From positions 682,001-746,000 of the forward strand of contig OZ059900.1 of the NCBI GenBank assembly GCA_964057225.1: DNA of 64,000 bases, written 5' to 3'. Positions 42,101 to 56,560 of this stretch are shown here, one piece after another. The notes beneath the pieces were generated by a model. The model was not told where the DNA came from and made no database searches. It saw only the letters and a list, made by a program, of their open reading frames with translations. The first letter of the stretch is position 1; each line of letters begins with the position of its first letter. The stretch is from Auanema rhodensis (lineage: Eukaryota > Animalia > Nematoda). The translations under genes were made by a program, and so were the position numbers.

Positions 42101-45100
42101 CATAATATGATCAAAAGCATAGTTTTACTGTCTATGATAACAAAAGTCATCAATTAAACGCTAGTGATGTTTAAATACTGATTTTCGCTCAAATAGCATT
42201 ACTACACTAAGTATGGTCGTTTTTATGCCTTTAACACCATATACTCACCGATTTTTGGTACAAAATCTGTGATACTCGTAAATTTTGATCATATTCGGTG
42301 AGATTCGAGAATCAAACACACAATACACGAAATAAGTCTATTTTTACGAGTTTGCACTGATATATATTCATTTTGATCAAAAAAGGTCGAAAATAGAAAG
42401 AATTTTTGAATTTTCCGAGTTTTGAGTCCAATTGGGCTAAATCGCTCATATATAAGATCAGAAGCATAGTTTTATTGTCTATGACAACAAAAATCATCAA
42501 TTAAACGCTAGTGATGTTTAAATACTGATTTTCGCTCAAATAGCATTACTACACTAAGTATGGTCGTTTTTATGCCTTTAACACCATATACTCACCGATT
42601 TTTGGTACAAAATCTGTAATACTCGTAAAATTTGATCATATTTGTTAAGATTTGAGAATCAAACACACAATACACAAAATCAGTCTATTTTTATGAGTTT
42701 ACACTGATATATATTCATTTTCATCAAAAAAGGTCGAAAATAGAAAGAATTTTTGAAATTTCCGAGTTTTGAGTCCAATTTGGCTAAATCGCTCATATAT
42801 ATGATCAAAAGCATAGTTTTATTGTCTATAACAACAAAAGTCATCAATTAAACGCTAGTGATGTTTAAATACTGATTTTCGCTCAAGTAGCATTACTACA
42901 CTAAGTATGGTCGTTTTTATGCCTTTAACACCATATACTCACCGATTTTTGGTACAAAATCTGTAATACTCGTAAATTTCGATCATATTCGTTAAGATTC
43001 GAGAATCAAACACACAATACACGAAATAAGTTTATTTTTACGAGTTTGCACTGATATTTATTCATTTTGATCAAAAAAGGTCGAAAATAGAAAGAATTTT
43101 TGAATTTTCCGAGTTTTGAGTCGAATTGGGCTAAATCGCTCATATATAAGATCAGAAGCATAGTTTTATTGTCTATGACAACAAAAATCATCAATTAAAC
43201 GCTAGTGATGTTTAAATACTGATTTTCGCTCAAATAGCATTACTACACTAAGTATGGTCGTTTTTATGCCTTTAACACCATATACTCACCGATTTTTGGT
43301 ACAAAATCTGTGATACTCGTAAATTTTGATCATATTCGGTGAGATTCGAGAATCAAACACACAATACACGAAATAAGTCTATTTTTACGAGTTTGCACTG
43401 ATATTTATTCATTTTGATCAAAAAAGGTCGAAAATAGAAAGAATTTTTGAAATTTCCGAGTTTTGAGTCTAATTTGGCTAAATCGCTCATATATATGATC
43501 AAACGCATAGTTTCACTGTCTATGATAACAAAAGTCTTCAAATATACACTAGTAATGATTAAATCACTGAATTTCACTCAAAGAGCTTTACTACACTAAG
43601 TATGGTCGTTTTTATGCCTTTAACACCATATACTCACCGATTTTTGGTACAAAATCTGTAATACTCGTAAATTTTGATCATATCCGTTAAGATTCGAGAA
43701 TCAAACACACAATACACGAAATAAGTTTATTTTTACGAGTTTGCACTGATATTTATTCATTTTGATCAAAAAAGGTCGAAAATAGAAAGAATTTTTGAAT
43801 TTTCCGAGTTTTGAGTCCAATTGGGCTAAATCGCTCATATATATGATCAAAAGCATAGTTTCACTGTCTATGATAACAAAAGTCTTCAAATATAAACTAG
43901 TAATGATTAAATCACTGAATTTCACTCAAATAGCATTACTACACTAAGTATGGTCGTTTTTATGCCTTTAACACCATATACTCACCGAGTTTTGGTACAA
44001 AATCTGTAATACTTGTAAATTTTGATCATATTCGTTAAGATTTGAGAATCAAACACATAATACACGAAATAAGTCTTTTTTTACAAGTTTGCACTGATAT
44101 TTATTCATTTTGATCAAAAAAGGTCGAAAATAGAAAGAATTTTTGAAATTTCCGAGTTTTGAGTCCAATTTGGCTAAATCGCTCATATATATGATCAAAA
44201 GCATAGTTCTATTGTCTATAACAACAAAAGTCTTTAATTAAACGCTAGTGATGTTTTAATACTGAATTTCGCTCAAATAGCATTACTACACTAAGTATGG
44301 TCGTTTTTATGCCTTTAACACCATATACTCACCGATTTTTGGTACAAAATCTGTAATACTTGTAAATTTTGATCATATTCGTTAAGATTCGAAAATCAAA
44401 CACACAATACACGAAATAAGTTTATTTTTACAAGTTTGCACTGATATTTATTCATTTTGATCAAAAAAGGTCGAAAATAGAAAGAATTTTTGAAATTTCC
44501 GAGTTTTGAGTCTAATTTGGCTAAATCGCTCATATATATGATCAAAAGCATAGTTTTATTGTCTATAACAACAAAAGTCATCAATTAAACGCTAGTGGTG
44601 TTTAAATACTGAATTTCGCTCAAATAGCATTACTACACTAAGTATGGTCGTTTTTATGCCTTTAACACCATATACTCACCGATTTTTGGTACAAAATCTG
44701 TAATACTCGTAAATTTTGATCATATTCGTTAAGATTTGAGAATCAAACATACAATACACAAAATCAGTCTATTTTTATGAGCTTGCACTGATATATATTC
44801 ATTTTGATCAAAAAAGGTCGAAAATAGAAAGAATTTTTGAAATTTCCGAGTTTTGAGTCTAATTTGGCTAAATCGCTCATATATAAGATCAGAAGCATAG
44901 TTTTATTGTCTATGACAACAAAAATCATCAATTAAACGCTAGTGATATTTAAATACTGATTTTCGCTCAAATAGCATTACTACACTAAGTATGGTCGTTT
45001 TTATGCCTTTAACACCATATACTCACCGATTTTTGGTACAAAATCTGTAATACTCGTAAATTTTGATCATATTCGTTAAGATTTGAAAATCAAACACACA

Positions 45101-46254
45101 ATAAACAAAATCAGTCTATTTTTATGAGTTTGCACTGATATTTATTTATTTTGATCAAAAAAGGTCGAAAATAGAAAGAATTTTTGAATTTTCTGAGTTT
45201 TGAGTCCAATTGGGCTAAATCGCTCATATATATGATCAAAAGCATAGTTTTACTGTCTATAACAACAAAAGTCATCAATTAAACGCTAGTGATATTTAAA
45301 TACTGATTTTCGCTCAAGTAGCATTACTACACTAAGTATGGTCGTTTTTATGCCTTTAACACCATATACTCACCGATTTTTGGTACAAAATCTGTAATAC
45401 TTGTAAATTTTAATCATATTCGTTAAGATTTGAGAATCAAACATACAATACACAAAATCAGTCTATTTTTATGAGCTTGCACTGATATATATTCATTTTG
45501 ATCAAAAAAGGTCGAAAATAGAAAGAATTTTTGAAATTTCCGAGTTTTGAGTCTAATTTGGCTAAATCGCTCATATATATGATCAGAAGCATAGTTTTAT
45601 TGTCTATGACAACAAAAATCATCAATTAAACGCTAGTGATGTTTAAATACTGATTTTCGCTCAAATAGCATTACTACACTAAGTATGGTCGTTTTTATGC
45701 CTTTAACACCATATACACACCGATTTTTGGTACAAAATCTGTAATACTCGTAAAATTTGATCATATTTGTTAAGATTTGAGAATCAAACACACAATACAC
45801 AAAATCAGTCTATTTTTATGAGTTTACACTGATATATATTCATTTTCATCAAAAAAGGTCGAAAATAGAAAGAACTTTTGAAATTTCCGAGTTTTGAGTC
45901 CAATTTGGCTAAATCGCTCATATATATGATCAAAAGCATAGTTTTATTGTCTATAACAACAAAAGTCATCAATTAAACGCTAGTGATGTTTAAATACTGA
46001 TTTTCGCTCAAGTAGCATTACTACACTAAGTATGGTCGTTTTTATGCCTTTAACACCAAATACTCACCGATTTTTGGTACAAAATCTGTAATACTCGTAA
46101 ATTTCGATCATATTCGTTAAGATTCGAGAATCAAACACACAATACACGAAATAAGTTTATTTTTACGAGTTTGCACTGATATTTATTCATTTTGATCAAA
46201 AAAGGTCGAAAATAGAAAGAATTTTTGAATTTTCCGAGTTTTGAGTCGAATTGG

Positions 46255-48570
46255 GCTAAATCGCTCATATATATGATCAAACGCATAGTTTCACTGTCTA
46301 TGATAACAAAAGTCTTCAAATATACACTAGTAATGATTAAATCACTGAATTTCACTCAAAGAGCTTTACTACACTAAGTATGGTCGTTTTTATGCCTTTA
46401 ACACCATATACTCACCGATTTTTGGTACAAAATCTGTAATACTCGTAAATTTTGATCATATCCGTTAAGATTCGAGAATCAAACACACAATACACGAAAT
46501 AAGTTTATTTTTACGAGTTTGCACTGATATTTATTCATTTTGATCAAAAAAGGTCGAAAATAGAAAGAATTTTTGAATTTTCCGAGTTTTGAGTCCAATT
46601 GGGCTAAATCGCTCATATATATGATCAAAAGCATAGTTTCACTGTCTATGATAACAAAAGTCTTCAAATATACACTAGTAATGATTAAATCACTGAATTT
46701 CACTCAAAGAGCTTTACTACACTAAGTATGGTCGTTTTTATGCCATTAACACCATATACTCACCGATTTTTGGTACAAAATCTGTAATACTCGTAAATTT
46801 TGATCATATCCGTTAAGATTCGAGAATCAAACACACAATACACGAAATAAGTTTATTTTTACGAGTTTGCACTGATATTTATTCATTTTGATCAAAAAAG
46901 GTCGAAAATAGAAAGAATTTTTGAATTTTCCGAGTTTTGAGTCCAATTGGGCTAAATCGCTCATATATATGATCAAAAGCATAGTTTCACTGTCTATGAT
47001 AACAAAAGTCTTCAAATATAAACTAGTAATGATTAAATCACTGAATTTCACTCAAATAGCATTACTACACTAAGTATGGTCGTTTTTATGCCTTTAACAC
47101 CATATACTCACCGAGTTTTGGTACAAAATCTGTAATACTTGTAAATTTTGATCATATTCGTTAAGATTTGAGAATCAAACATACAATACACGAAATCAGT
47201 CTATTTTTATGAGTTTGCACTGATATATATTCATTTTGATCAAAAAAGGTCGAAAATAGAAAGAATTTTTGAATTTTCCGAGTTTTGAGTCCAATTGGGC
47301 TAAATCGCTCATATATATAATCAAAAGCATAGTTTTACTGTCTATGATAACAAAAGTCATCAATTAAACGCTAGTGATGTTTAAATACTGATTTTCGCTC
47401 AAATAGCATTACTACACTAAGTATGGTCGTTTTTATGCCTTTAACACCATATACTCACCGATTTTTGGTACAAAATCTGTGATACTCGTAAATTTTGATC
47501 ATATTCGGTGAGATTCGAGAATCAAACACACAATACACGAAATAAGTCTATTTTTACGAGTTTGCACTGATATTTATTCATTTTGATCAAAAAAGGTCGA
47601 AAATAGAAAGAATTTTTGAAATTTCCGAGTTTTGAGTCTAATTTGGCTAAATCGCTCATATATATGATCAAACGCATAGTTTCACTGTCTATGATAACAA
47701 AAGTCTTCAAATATACACTAGTAATGATTAAATCACTGAATTTCACTCAAAGAGCTTTACTACACTAAGTATGGTCGTTTTTATGCCTTTAACACCATAT
47801 ACTCACCGATTTTTGGTACAAAATCTGTAATACTCGTAAATTTTGATCATATCCGTTAAGATTCGAGAATCAAACACACAATACACGAAATAAGTTTATT
47901 TTTACGAGTTTGCACTGATATTTATTCATTTTGATCAAAAAAGGTCGAAAATAGAAAGAATTTTTGAATTTTCCGAGTTTTGAGTCCAATTGGGCTAAAT
48001 CGCTCATATATATGATCAAAAGCATAGTTTCACTGTCTATGATAACAAAAGTCTTCAAATATACACTAGTAATGATTAAATCACTGAATTTCACTCAAAG
48101 AGCTTTACTACACTAAGTATGGTCGTTTTTATGCCATTAACACCATATACTCACCGATTTTTGGTACAAAATCTGTAATACTCGTAAATTTTGATCATAT
48201 CCGTTAAGATTCGAGAATCAAACACACAATACACGAAATAAGTTTATTTTTACGAGTTTGCACTGATATTTATTCATTTTGATCAAAAAAGGTCGAAAAT
48301 AGAAAGAATTTTTGAATTTTCCGAGTTTTGAGTCCAATTGGGCTAAATCGCTCATATATATGATCAAAAGCATAGTTTCACTGTCTATGATAACAAAAGT
48401 CTTCAAATATAAACTAGTAATGATTAAATCACTGAATTTCACTCAAATAGCATTACTACACTAAGTATGGTCGTTTTTATGCCTTTAACACCATATACTC
48501 ACCGAGTTTTGGTACAAAATCTGTAATACTTGTAAATTTTGATCATATTCGTTAAGATTTGAGAATCAAA
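46255..48570 (+). repeat. 4-monomer duplication (period 1391 bp), rich in 348-bp monomers
   Basis: ORF pairs 46131/47522, 46479/47870 and 46827/48218 are offset 1391 (347+3x348). The GCCATTAAC marker is present in both copies. Confidence 0.85.
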
Positions 48571-49079
48571 CACATAATACACGAAATAAGTCTTTTTTTA
48601 CAAGTTTGCACTGATATTTATTCATTTTGATCAAAAAAGGTCGAAAATAGAAAGAATTTTTGAAATTTCCGAGTTTTGAGTCTAATTTGGCTAAATCGCT
48701 CATATATATGATCAAAAGCATAGTTTTACTGTCTATAACAACAAAAGTCATCAATTAAACGCTAGTGATATTTAAATACTGATTTTCGCTCAAATAGCAT
48801 TACTACACTAAGTATGGTCGTTTTTATGCCTTTAACACCATATACTCACCGATTTTTGGTACAAAATCTGTAATACTTGTAAATTTTGATCATATTCGTT
48901 AAGATTTGAGAATCAAACATACAATACACAAAATCAGTCTATTTTTATGAGCTTGCACTGATATATATTCATTTTGATCAAAAAAGGTCGAAAATAGAAA
49001 GAATTTTTGAAATTTCCGAGTTTTGAGTCTAATTTGGCTAAATCGCTCATATATATGATCAGAAGCATAGTTTTATTGT

Positions 49080-50920
49080 CTATGACAACAAAAATCATCA
49101 ATTAAACGCTAGTGATGTTTAAATACTGATTTTCGCTCAAATAGCATTACTACACTAAGTATGGTCGTTTTTATGCCTTTAACACCATATACTCACCGAT
49201 TTTTGGTACAAAATCTGTAATACTCGTAAAATTTGATCATATTTGTTAAGATTTGAGAATCAAACACACAATACACAAAATCAGTCTATTTTTATGAGTT
49301 TACACTGATATATATTCATTTTCATCAAAAAAGGTCGAAAATAGAAAGAACTTTTGAAATTTCCGAGTTTTGAGTCCAATTTGGCTAAATCGCTCATATA
49401 TATGATCAAAAGCATAGTTTTATTGTCTATAACAACAAAAGTCATCAATTAAACGCTAGTGATGTTTAAATACTGATTTTCGCTCAAGTAGCATTACTAC
49501 ACTAAGTATGGTCGTTTTTATGCCTTTAACACCAAATACTCACCGATTTTTGGTACAAAATCTGTAATACTCGTAAATTTCGATCATATTCGTTAAGATT
49601 CGAGAATCAAACACACAATACACGAAATAAGTTTATTTTTACGAGTTTGCACTGATATTTATTCATTTTGATCAAAAAAGGTCGAAAATAGAAAGAATTT
49701 TTGAATTTTCCGAGTTTTGAGTCGAATTGGGCTAAATCGCTCATAATATGATCAAAAGCATAGTTTTACTGTCTATGATAACAAAAGTCTTCAAATATAC
49801 ACTAATAATGATTAAATCACTGAATTTCACTCAATTAGCATTACTACACTAAGTATGGTCGTTTTTATGCCTTTAACACCATATACTCACCGAGTTTTGG
49901 TACAAAATCTGTAATACTCGTAAATTTTTATCATATTCGTTAAGATTTGAAAATCAAACACACAATAAACAAAATCAGTCTATTTTTATGAGTTTGCACT
50001 GATATATATTCATTTTGATCAAAAAAGGTCGAAAATAGAAAGAATTTTTGAATTTTCCGAGTTTTGAGTCCAATTGGGCTAAATCGCTCATATATATGAT
50101 CAGAAGCATAGTTTTATTGTCTATGACAACAAAAATCATCAATTAAACGCTAGTGATGTTTAAATACTGATTTTCGCTCAAATAGCATTACTACACTAAG
50201 TATGGTCGTTTTTATGCCTTTAACACCATATACTCACCGATTTTTGGTACAAAATCTGTAATACTCGTAAAATTTGATCATATTTGTTAAGATTTGAGAA
50301 TCAAACACACAATACACAAAATCAGTCTATTTTTATGAGTTTACACTGATATATATTCATTTTCATCAAAAAAGGTCGAAAATAGAAAGAACTTTTGAAA
50401 TTTCCGAGTTTTGAGTCCAATTTGGCTAAATCGCTCATATATATGATCAAAAGCATAGTTTTATTGTCTATAACAACAAAAGTCATCAATTAAACGCTAG
50501 TGATGTTTAAATACTGATTTTCGCTCAAGTAGCATTACTACACTAAGTATGGTCGTTTTTATGCCTTTAACACCAAATACTCACCGATTTTTGGTACAAA
50601 ATCTGTAATACTCGTAAATTTCGATCATATTCGTTAAGATTCGAGAATCAAACACACAATACACGAAATAAGTTTATTTTTACGAGTTTGCACTGATATT
50701 TATTCATTTTGATCAAAAAAGGTCGAAAATAGAAAGAATTTTTGAATTTTCCGAGTTTTGAGTCGAATTGGGCTAAATCGCTCATAATATGATCAAAAGC
50801 ATAGTTTTACTGTCTATGATAACAAAAGTCTTCAAATATACACTAATAATGATTAAATCACTGAATTTCACTCAATTAGCATTACTACACTAAGTATGGT
50901 CGTTTTTATGCCTTTAACAC
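49080..50920 (+). repeat. 3-monomer duplication (period 1041 bp)
   Basis: CACCAAATAC variant at 49535 and 50576; shared 1-bp deletion TCATAATATG at 49741 and 50782. Confidence 0.85.
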
Positions 50921-53900
50921 CATATACTCACCGATTTTTGGTACAAAATCTGTAATACTTGTAAATTTTGATCATATTTGTTAAGATTCGAGAATCAAAC
51001 ACATAATACACAAAATAAGTCTATTTTTACAAGTTTGCACTGATATTTATTCATTTTGATCAAAAAAGGTCGAAAATAGAAAGAATTTTTGAAATTTCCG
51101 AGTTTTGAGTCCAATTTGGCTAAATCGCTCATATATATGATCAAAAGCATAGTTTTATTGTCTATAACAACAAAAGTCATCAATTAAACGCTAGTGATGT
51201 TTAAATACTGAATTTCGCTCAAATAGCATTACTACACTAAGTATGGTCGTTTTTATGCCTTTAACACCATATACTCACCGATTTTTGGTACAAAATCTGT
51301 AATACTCGTAAATTTTGATCATATTCGTTAAGATTTGAGAATCAAACATACAATACACAAAATCAGTCTATTTTTATGAGCTTGCACTGATATATATTCA
51401 TTTTGATCAAAAAAGGTCGAAAATAGTAAGAATTTTTGAAATTTCCGAGTTTTGAGTCTAATTTGGCTAAATCGCTCATATATAAGATCAGAAGCATAGT
51501 TTTATTGTCTATGACAACAAAAATCATCAATTAAACGCTAGTGATGTTTAAATACTGATTTTCGCTCAAATAGCATTACTACACTAAGTATGGTCGTTTT
51601 TATGCCTTTAACACCATATACTCACCGATTTTTGGTACAAAATCTGTAATACTCGTAAAATTTGATCATATTTGTTAAGATTTGAGAATCAAACACACAA
51701 TACACAAAATCAGTCTATTTTTATGAGTTTACACTGATATATATTCATTTTCATCAAAAAAGGTCGAAAATAGAAAGAATTTTTGAAATTTCCGAGTTTT
51801 GAGTCCAATTTGGCTAAATCGCTCATATATATGATCAAAAGCATAGTTTTATTGTCTATAACAACAAAAGTCATCAATTAAACGCTAGTGATGTTTAAAT
51901 ACTGATTTTCGCTCAAGTAGCATTACTACACTAAGTATGGTCGTTTTTATGCCTTTAACACCATATACTCACCGATTTTTGGTACAAAATCTGTAATACT
52001 CGTAAATTTCGATCATATTCGTTAAGATTCGAGAATCAAACACACAATACACGAAATAAGTTTATTTTTACGAGTTTGCACTGATATTTATTCATTTTGA
52101 TCAAAAAAGGTCGAAAATAGAAAGAATTTTTGAATTTTCCGAGTTTTGAGTCGAATTGGGCTAAATCGCTCATATATAAGATCAGAAGCATAGTTTTATT
52201 GTCTATGACAACAAAAATCATCAATTAAACGCTAGTGATGTTTAAATACTGATTTTCGCTCAAATAGCATTACTACACTAAGTATGGTCGTTTTTATGCC
52301 TTTAACACCATATACTCACCGAGTTTTGGTACAAAATCTGTAATACTCGTAAATTTTTATCATATTTGTTAAGATTTGAAAATCAAACACACAATAAACA
52401 AAATCAGTCTATTTTTATGAGTTTGCACTGATATATATTCATTTTGATCAAAAAAGGTCGAAAATAGAAAGAATTTTTGAATTTTCCGAGTTTTGAGTCC
52501 AATTGGGCTAAATCGCTCATATATATAATCAAAAGCATAGTTTTACTGTCTATGATAACAAAAGTCATCAATTAAACGCTAGTGATGTTTAAATACTGAT
52601 TTTCGCTCAAATAGCATTACTACACTAAGTATGGTCGTTTTTATGCCTTTAACACCATATACTCACCGATTTTTGGTACAAAATCTGTGATACTCGTAAA
52701 TTTTGATCATATTCGGTGAGATTCGAGAATCAAACACACAATACACGAAATAAGTCTATTTTTACGAGTTTGCACTGATATTTATTCATTTTGATCAAAA
52801 AAGGTCGAAAATAGAAAGAATTTTTGAAATTTCCGAGTTTTGAGTCTAATTTGGCTAAATCGCTCATATATATGATCAAACGCATAGTTTCACTGTCTAT
52901 GATAACAAAAGTCTTCAAATATACACTAGTAATGATTAAATCACTGAATTTCACTCAAAGAGCTTTACTACACTAAGTATGGTCGTTTTTATGCCTTTAA
53001 CACCATATACTCACCGATTTTTGGTACAAAATCTGTAATACTCGTAAATTTTGATCATATCCGTTAAGATTCGAGAATCAAACACACAATACACGAAATA
53101 AGTTTATTTTTACGAGTTTGCACTGATATTTATTCATTTTGATCAAAAAAGGTCGAAAATAGAAAGAATTTTTGAATTTTCCGAGTTTTGAGTCCAATTG
53201 GGCTAAATCGCTCATATATATGATCAAAAGCATAGTTTCACTGTCTATGATAACAAAAGTCTTCAAATATACACTAGTAATGATTAAATCACTGAATTTC
53301 ACTCAAAGAGCTTTACTACACTAAGTATGGTCGTTTTTATGCCATTAACACCATATACTCACCGATTTTTGGTACAAAATCTGTAATACTCGTAAATTTT
53401 GATCATATCCGTTAAGATTCGAGAATCAAACACACAATACACGAAATAAGTTTATTTTTACGAGTTTGCACTGATATTTATTCATTTTGATCAAAAAAGG
53501 TCGAAAATAGAAAGAATTTTTGAATTTTCCGAGTTTTGAGTCCAATTGGGCTAAATCGCTCATATATATGATCAAAAGCATAGTTTCACTGTCTATGATA
53601 ACAAAAGTCTTCAAATATAAACTAGTAATGATTAAATCACTGAATTTCACTCAAATAGCATTACTACACTAAGTATGGTCGTTTTTATGCCTTTAACACC
53701 ATATACTCACCGAGTTTTGGTACAAAATCTGTAATACTTGTAAATTTTGATCATATTCGTTAAGATTTGAGAATCAAACACATAATACACGAAATAAGTC
53801 TTTTTTTACAAGTTTGCACTGATATTTATTCATTTTGATCAAAAAAGGTCGAAAATAGAAAGAATTTTTGAAATTTCCGAGTTTTGAGTCCAATTTGGCT

Positions 53901-54479
53901 AAATCGCTCATATATATGATCAAAAGCATAGTTCTATTGTCTATAACAACAAAAGTCTTTAATTAAACGCTAGTGATGTTTTAATACTGAATTTCGCTCA
54001 AATAGCATTACTACACTAAGTATGGTCGTTTTTATGCCTTTAACACCATATACTCACCGATTTTTGGTACAAAATCTGTAATACTTGTAAATTTTGATCA
54101 TATTCGTTAAGATTCGAAAATCAAACACACAATACACGAAATAAGTTTATTTTTACAAGTTTGCACTGATATTTATTCATTTTGATCAAAAAAGGTCGAA
54201 AATAGAAAGAATTTTTGAAATTTCCGAGTTTTGAGTCTAATTTGGCTAAATCGCTCATATATATGATCAAAAGCATAGTTTTATTGTCTATAACAACAAA
54301 AGTCATCAATTAAACGCTAGTGATGTTTAAATACTGAATTTCGCTCAAATAGCATTACTACACTAAGTATGGTCGTTTTTATGCCTTTAACACCATATAC
54401 TCACCGATTTTTGGTACAAAATCTGTAATACTCGTAAATTTTGATCATATTCGTTAAGATTTGAGAATCAAACATACAA

Positions 54480-56560
54480 TACACAAAATCAGTCTATTTT
54501 TATGAGCTTGCACTGATATATATTCATTTTGATCAAAAAAGGTCGAAAATAGAAAGAATTTTTGAAATTTCCGAGTTTTGAGTCTAATTTGGCTAAATCG
54601 CTCATATATAAGATCAGAAGCATAGTTTTATTGTCTATGACAACAAAAATCATCAATTAAACGCTAGTGATATTTAAATACTGATTTTCGCTCAAATAGC
54701 ATTACTACACTAAGTATGGTCGTTTTTATGCCTTTAACACCATATACTCACCGATTTTTGGTACAAAATCTGTAATACTCGTAAATTTTGATCATATTCG
54801 TTAAGATTTGAAAATCAAACACACAATAAACAAAATCAGTCTATTTTTATGAGTTTGCACTGATATATATTCATTTTGATCATAAAAGGTCGAAAATAGA
54901 AAGAATTTTTGAATTTTCCGAGTTTTGAGTCCAATTGGGCTAAATCGCTCATATATATAATCAAAAGCATAGTTTTACTGTCTATGATAACAAAAGTCAT
55001 CAATTAAACGGTAGTGATGTTTAAATACTTATTTTCGCTCAAATAGCATTACTACACTAAGTATGGTCGTTTTTATGCCTTTAACACCATATACTCACCG
55101 ATTTTTGGTACAAAATCTGTAATACTCGTAAATTTTGATCATATTCGTTAAGATTTGAAAATCAAACACACAATAAACAAAATCAGTCTATTTTTATGAG
55201 TTTGCACTGATATATATTCATTTTGATCAAAAAAGGTCGAAAATAGAAAGAATTTTTGAATTTTCCGAGTTTTGAGTCCAATTGGGCTAAATCGCTCATA
55301 TATATAATCAAAAGCATAGTTTTACTGTCTATGATAACAAAAGTCATCAATTAAACGCTAGTGATGTTTAAATACTGATTTTCGCTCAAATAGCATTACT
55401 ACACTAAGTATGGTCGTTTTTATGCCTTTAACACCATATACTCACCGATTTTTGGTACAAAATCTGTGATACTCGTAAATTTTGATCATATTCGGTGAGA
55501 TTCGAGAATCAAACACATAATACACAAAATCAGTCTATTTTTATGAGCTTGCACTGATATATATTCATTTTGATCAAAAAAGGTCGAAAATAGAAAGAAT
55601 TTTTGAAATTTCCGAGTTTTGAGTCTAATTTGGCTAAATCGCTCATATATAAGATCAGAAGCATAGTTTTATTGTCTATGACAACAAAAATCATCAATTA
55701 AACGCTAGTGATATTTAAATACTGATTTTCGCTCAAATAGCATTACTACACTAAGTATGGTCGTTTTTATGCCTTTAACACCATATACTCACCGATTTTT
55801 GGTACAAAATCTGTAATACTCGTAAATTTTGATCATATTCGTTAAGATTTGAAAATCAAACACACAATAAACAAAATCAGTCTATTTTTATGAGTTTGCA
55901 CTGATATATATTCATTTTGATCAAAAAAGGTCGAAAATAGAAAGAATTTTTGAATTTTCCGAGTTTTGAGTCCAATTGGGCTAAATCGCTCATATATATA
56001 ACCAAAAGCATAGTTTTACTGTCTATGATAACAAAAGTCATCAATTAAACGGTAGTGATGTTTAAATACTTATTTTCGCTCAAATAGCATTACTACACTA
56101 AGTATGGTCGTTTTTATGCCTTTAACACCATATACTCACCGATTTTTGGTACAAAATCTGTAATACTCGTAAATTTTGATCATATTCGTTAAGATTTGAA
56201 AATCAAACACACAATAAACAAAATCAGTCTATTTTTATGAGTTTGCACTGATATATATTCATTTTGATCAAAAAAGGTCGAAAATAGAAAGAATTTTTGA
56301 ATTTTCCGAGTTTTGAGTCCAATTGGGCTAAATCGCTCATATATATAATCAAAAGCATAGTTTTACTGTCTATGATAACAAAAGTCATCAATTAAACGCT
56401 AGTGATGTTTAAATACTGATTTTCGCTCAAATAGCATTACTACACTAAGTATGGTCGTTTTTATGCCTTTAACACCATATACTCACCGATTTTTGGTACA
56501 AAATCTGTGATACTCGTAAATTTTGATCATATTCGGTGAGATTCGAGAATCAAACACATA
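54480..56560 (+). repeat. 3-monomer tandem duplication (period 1041 bp)
   Basis: Rare AAACGGTAGTG...ATACTTATTTT variant at 55011 and 56052; chimeric junction monomer at about 55500-55540. Confidence 0.85.
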
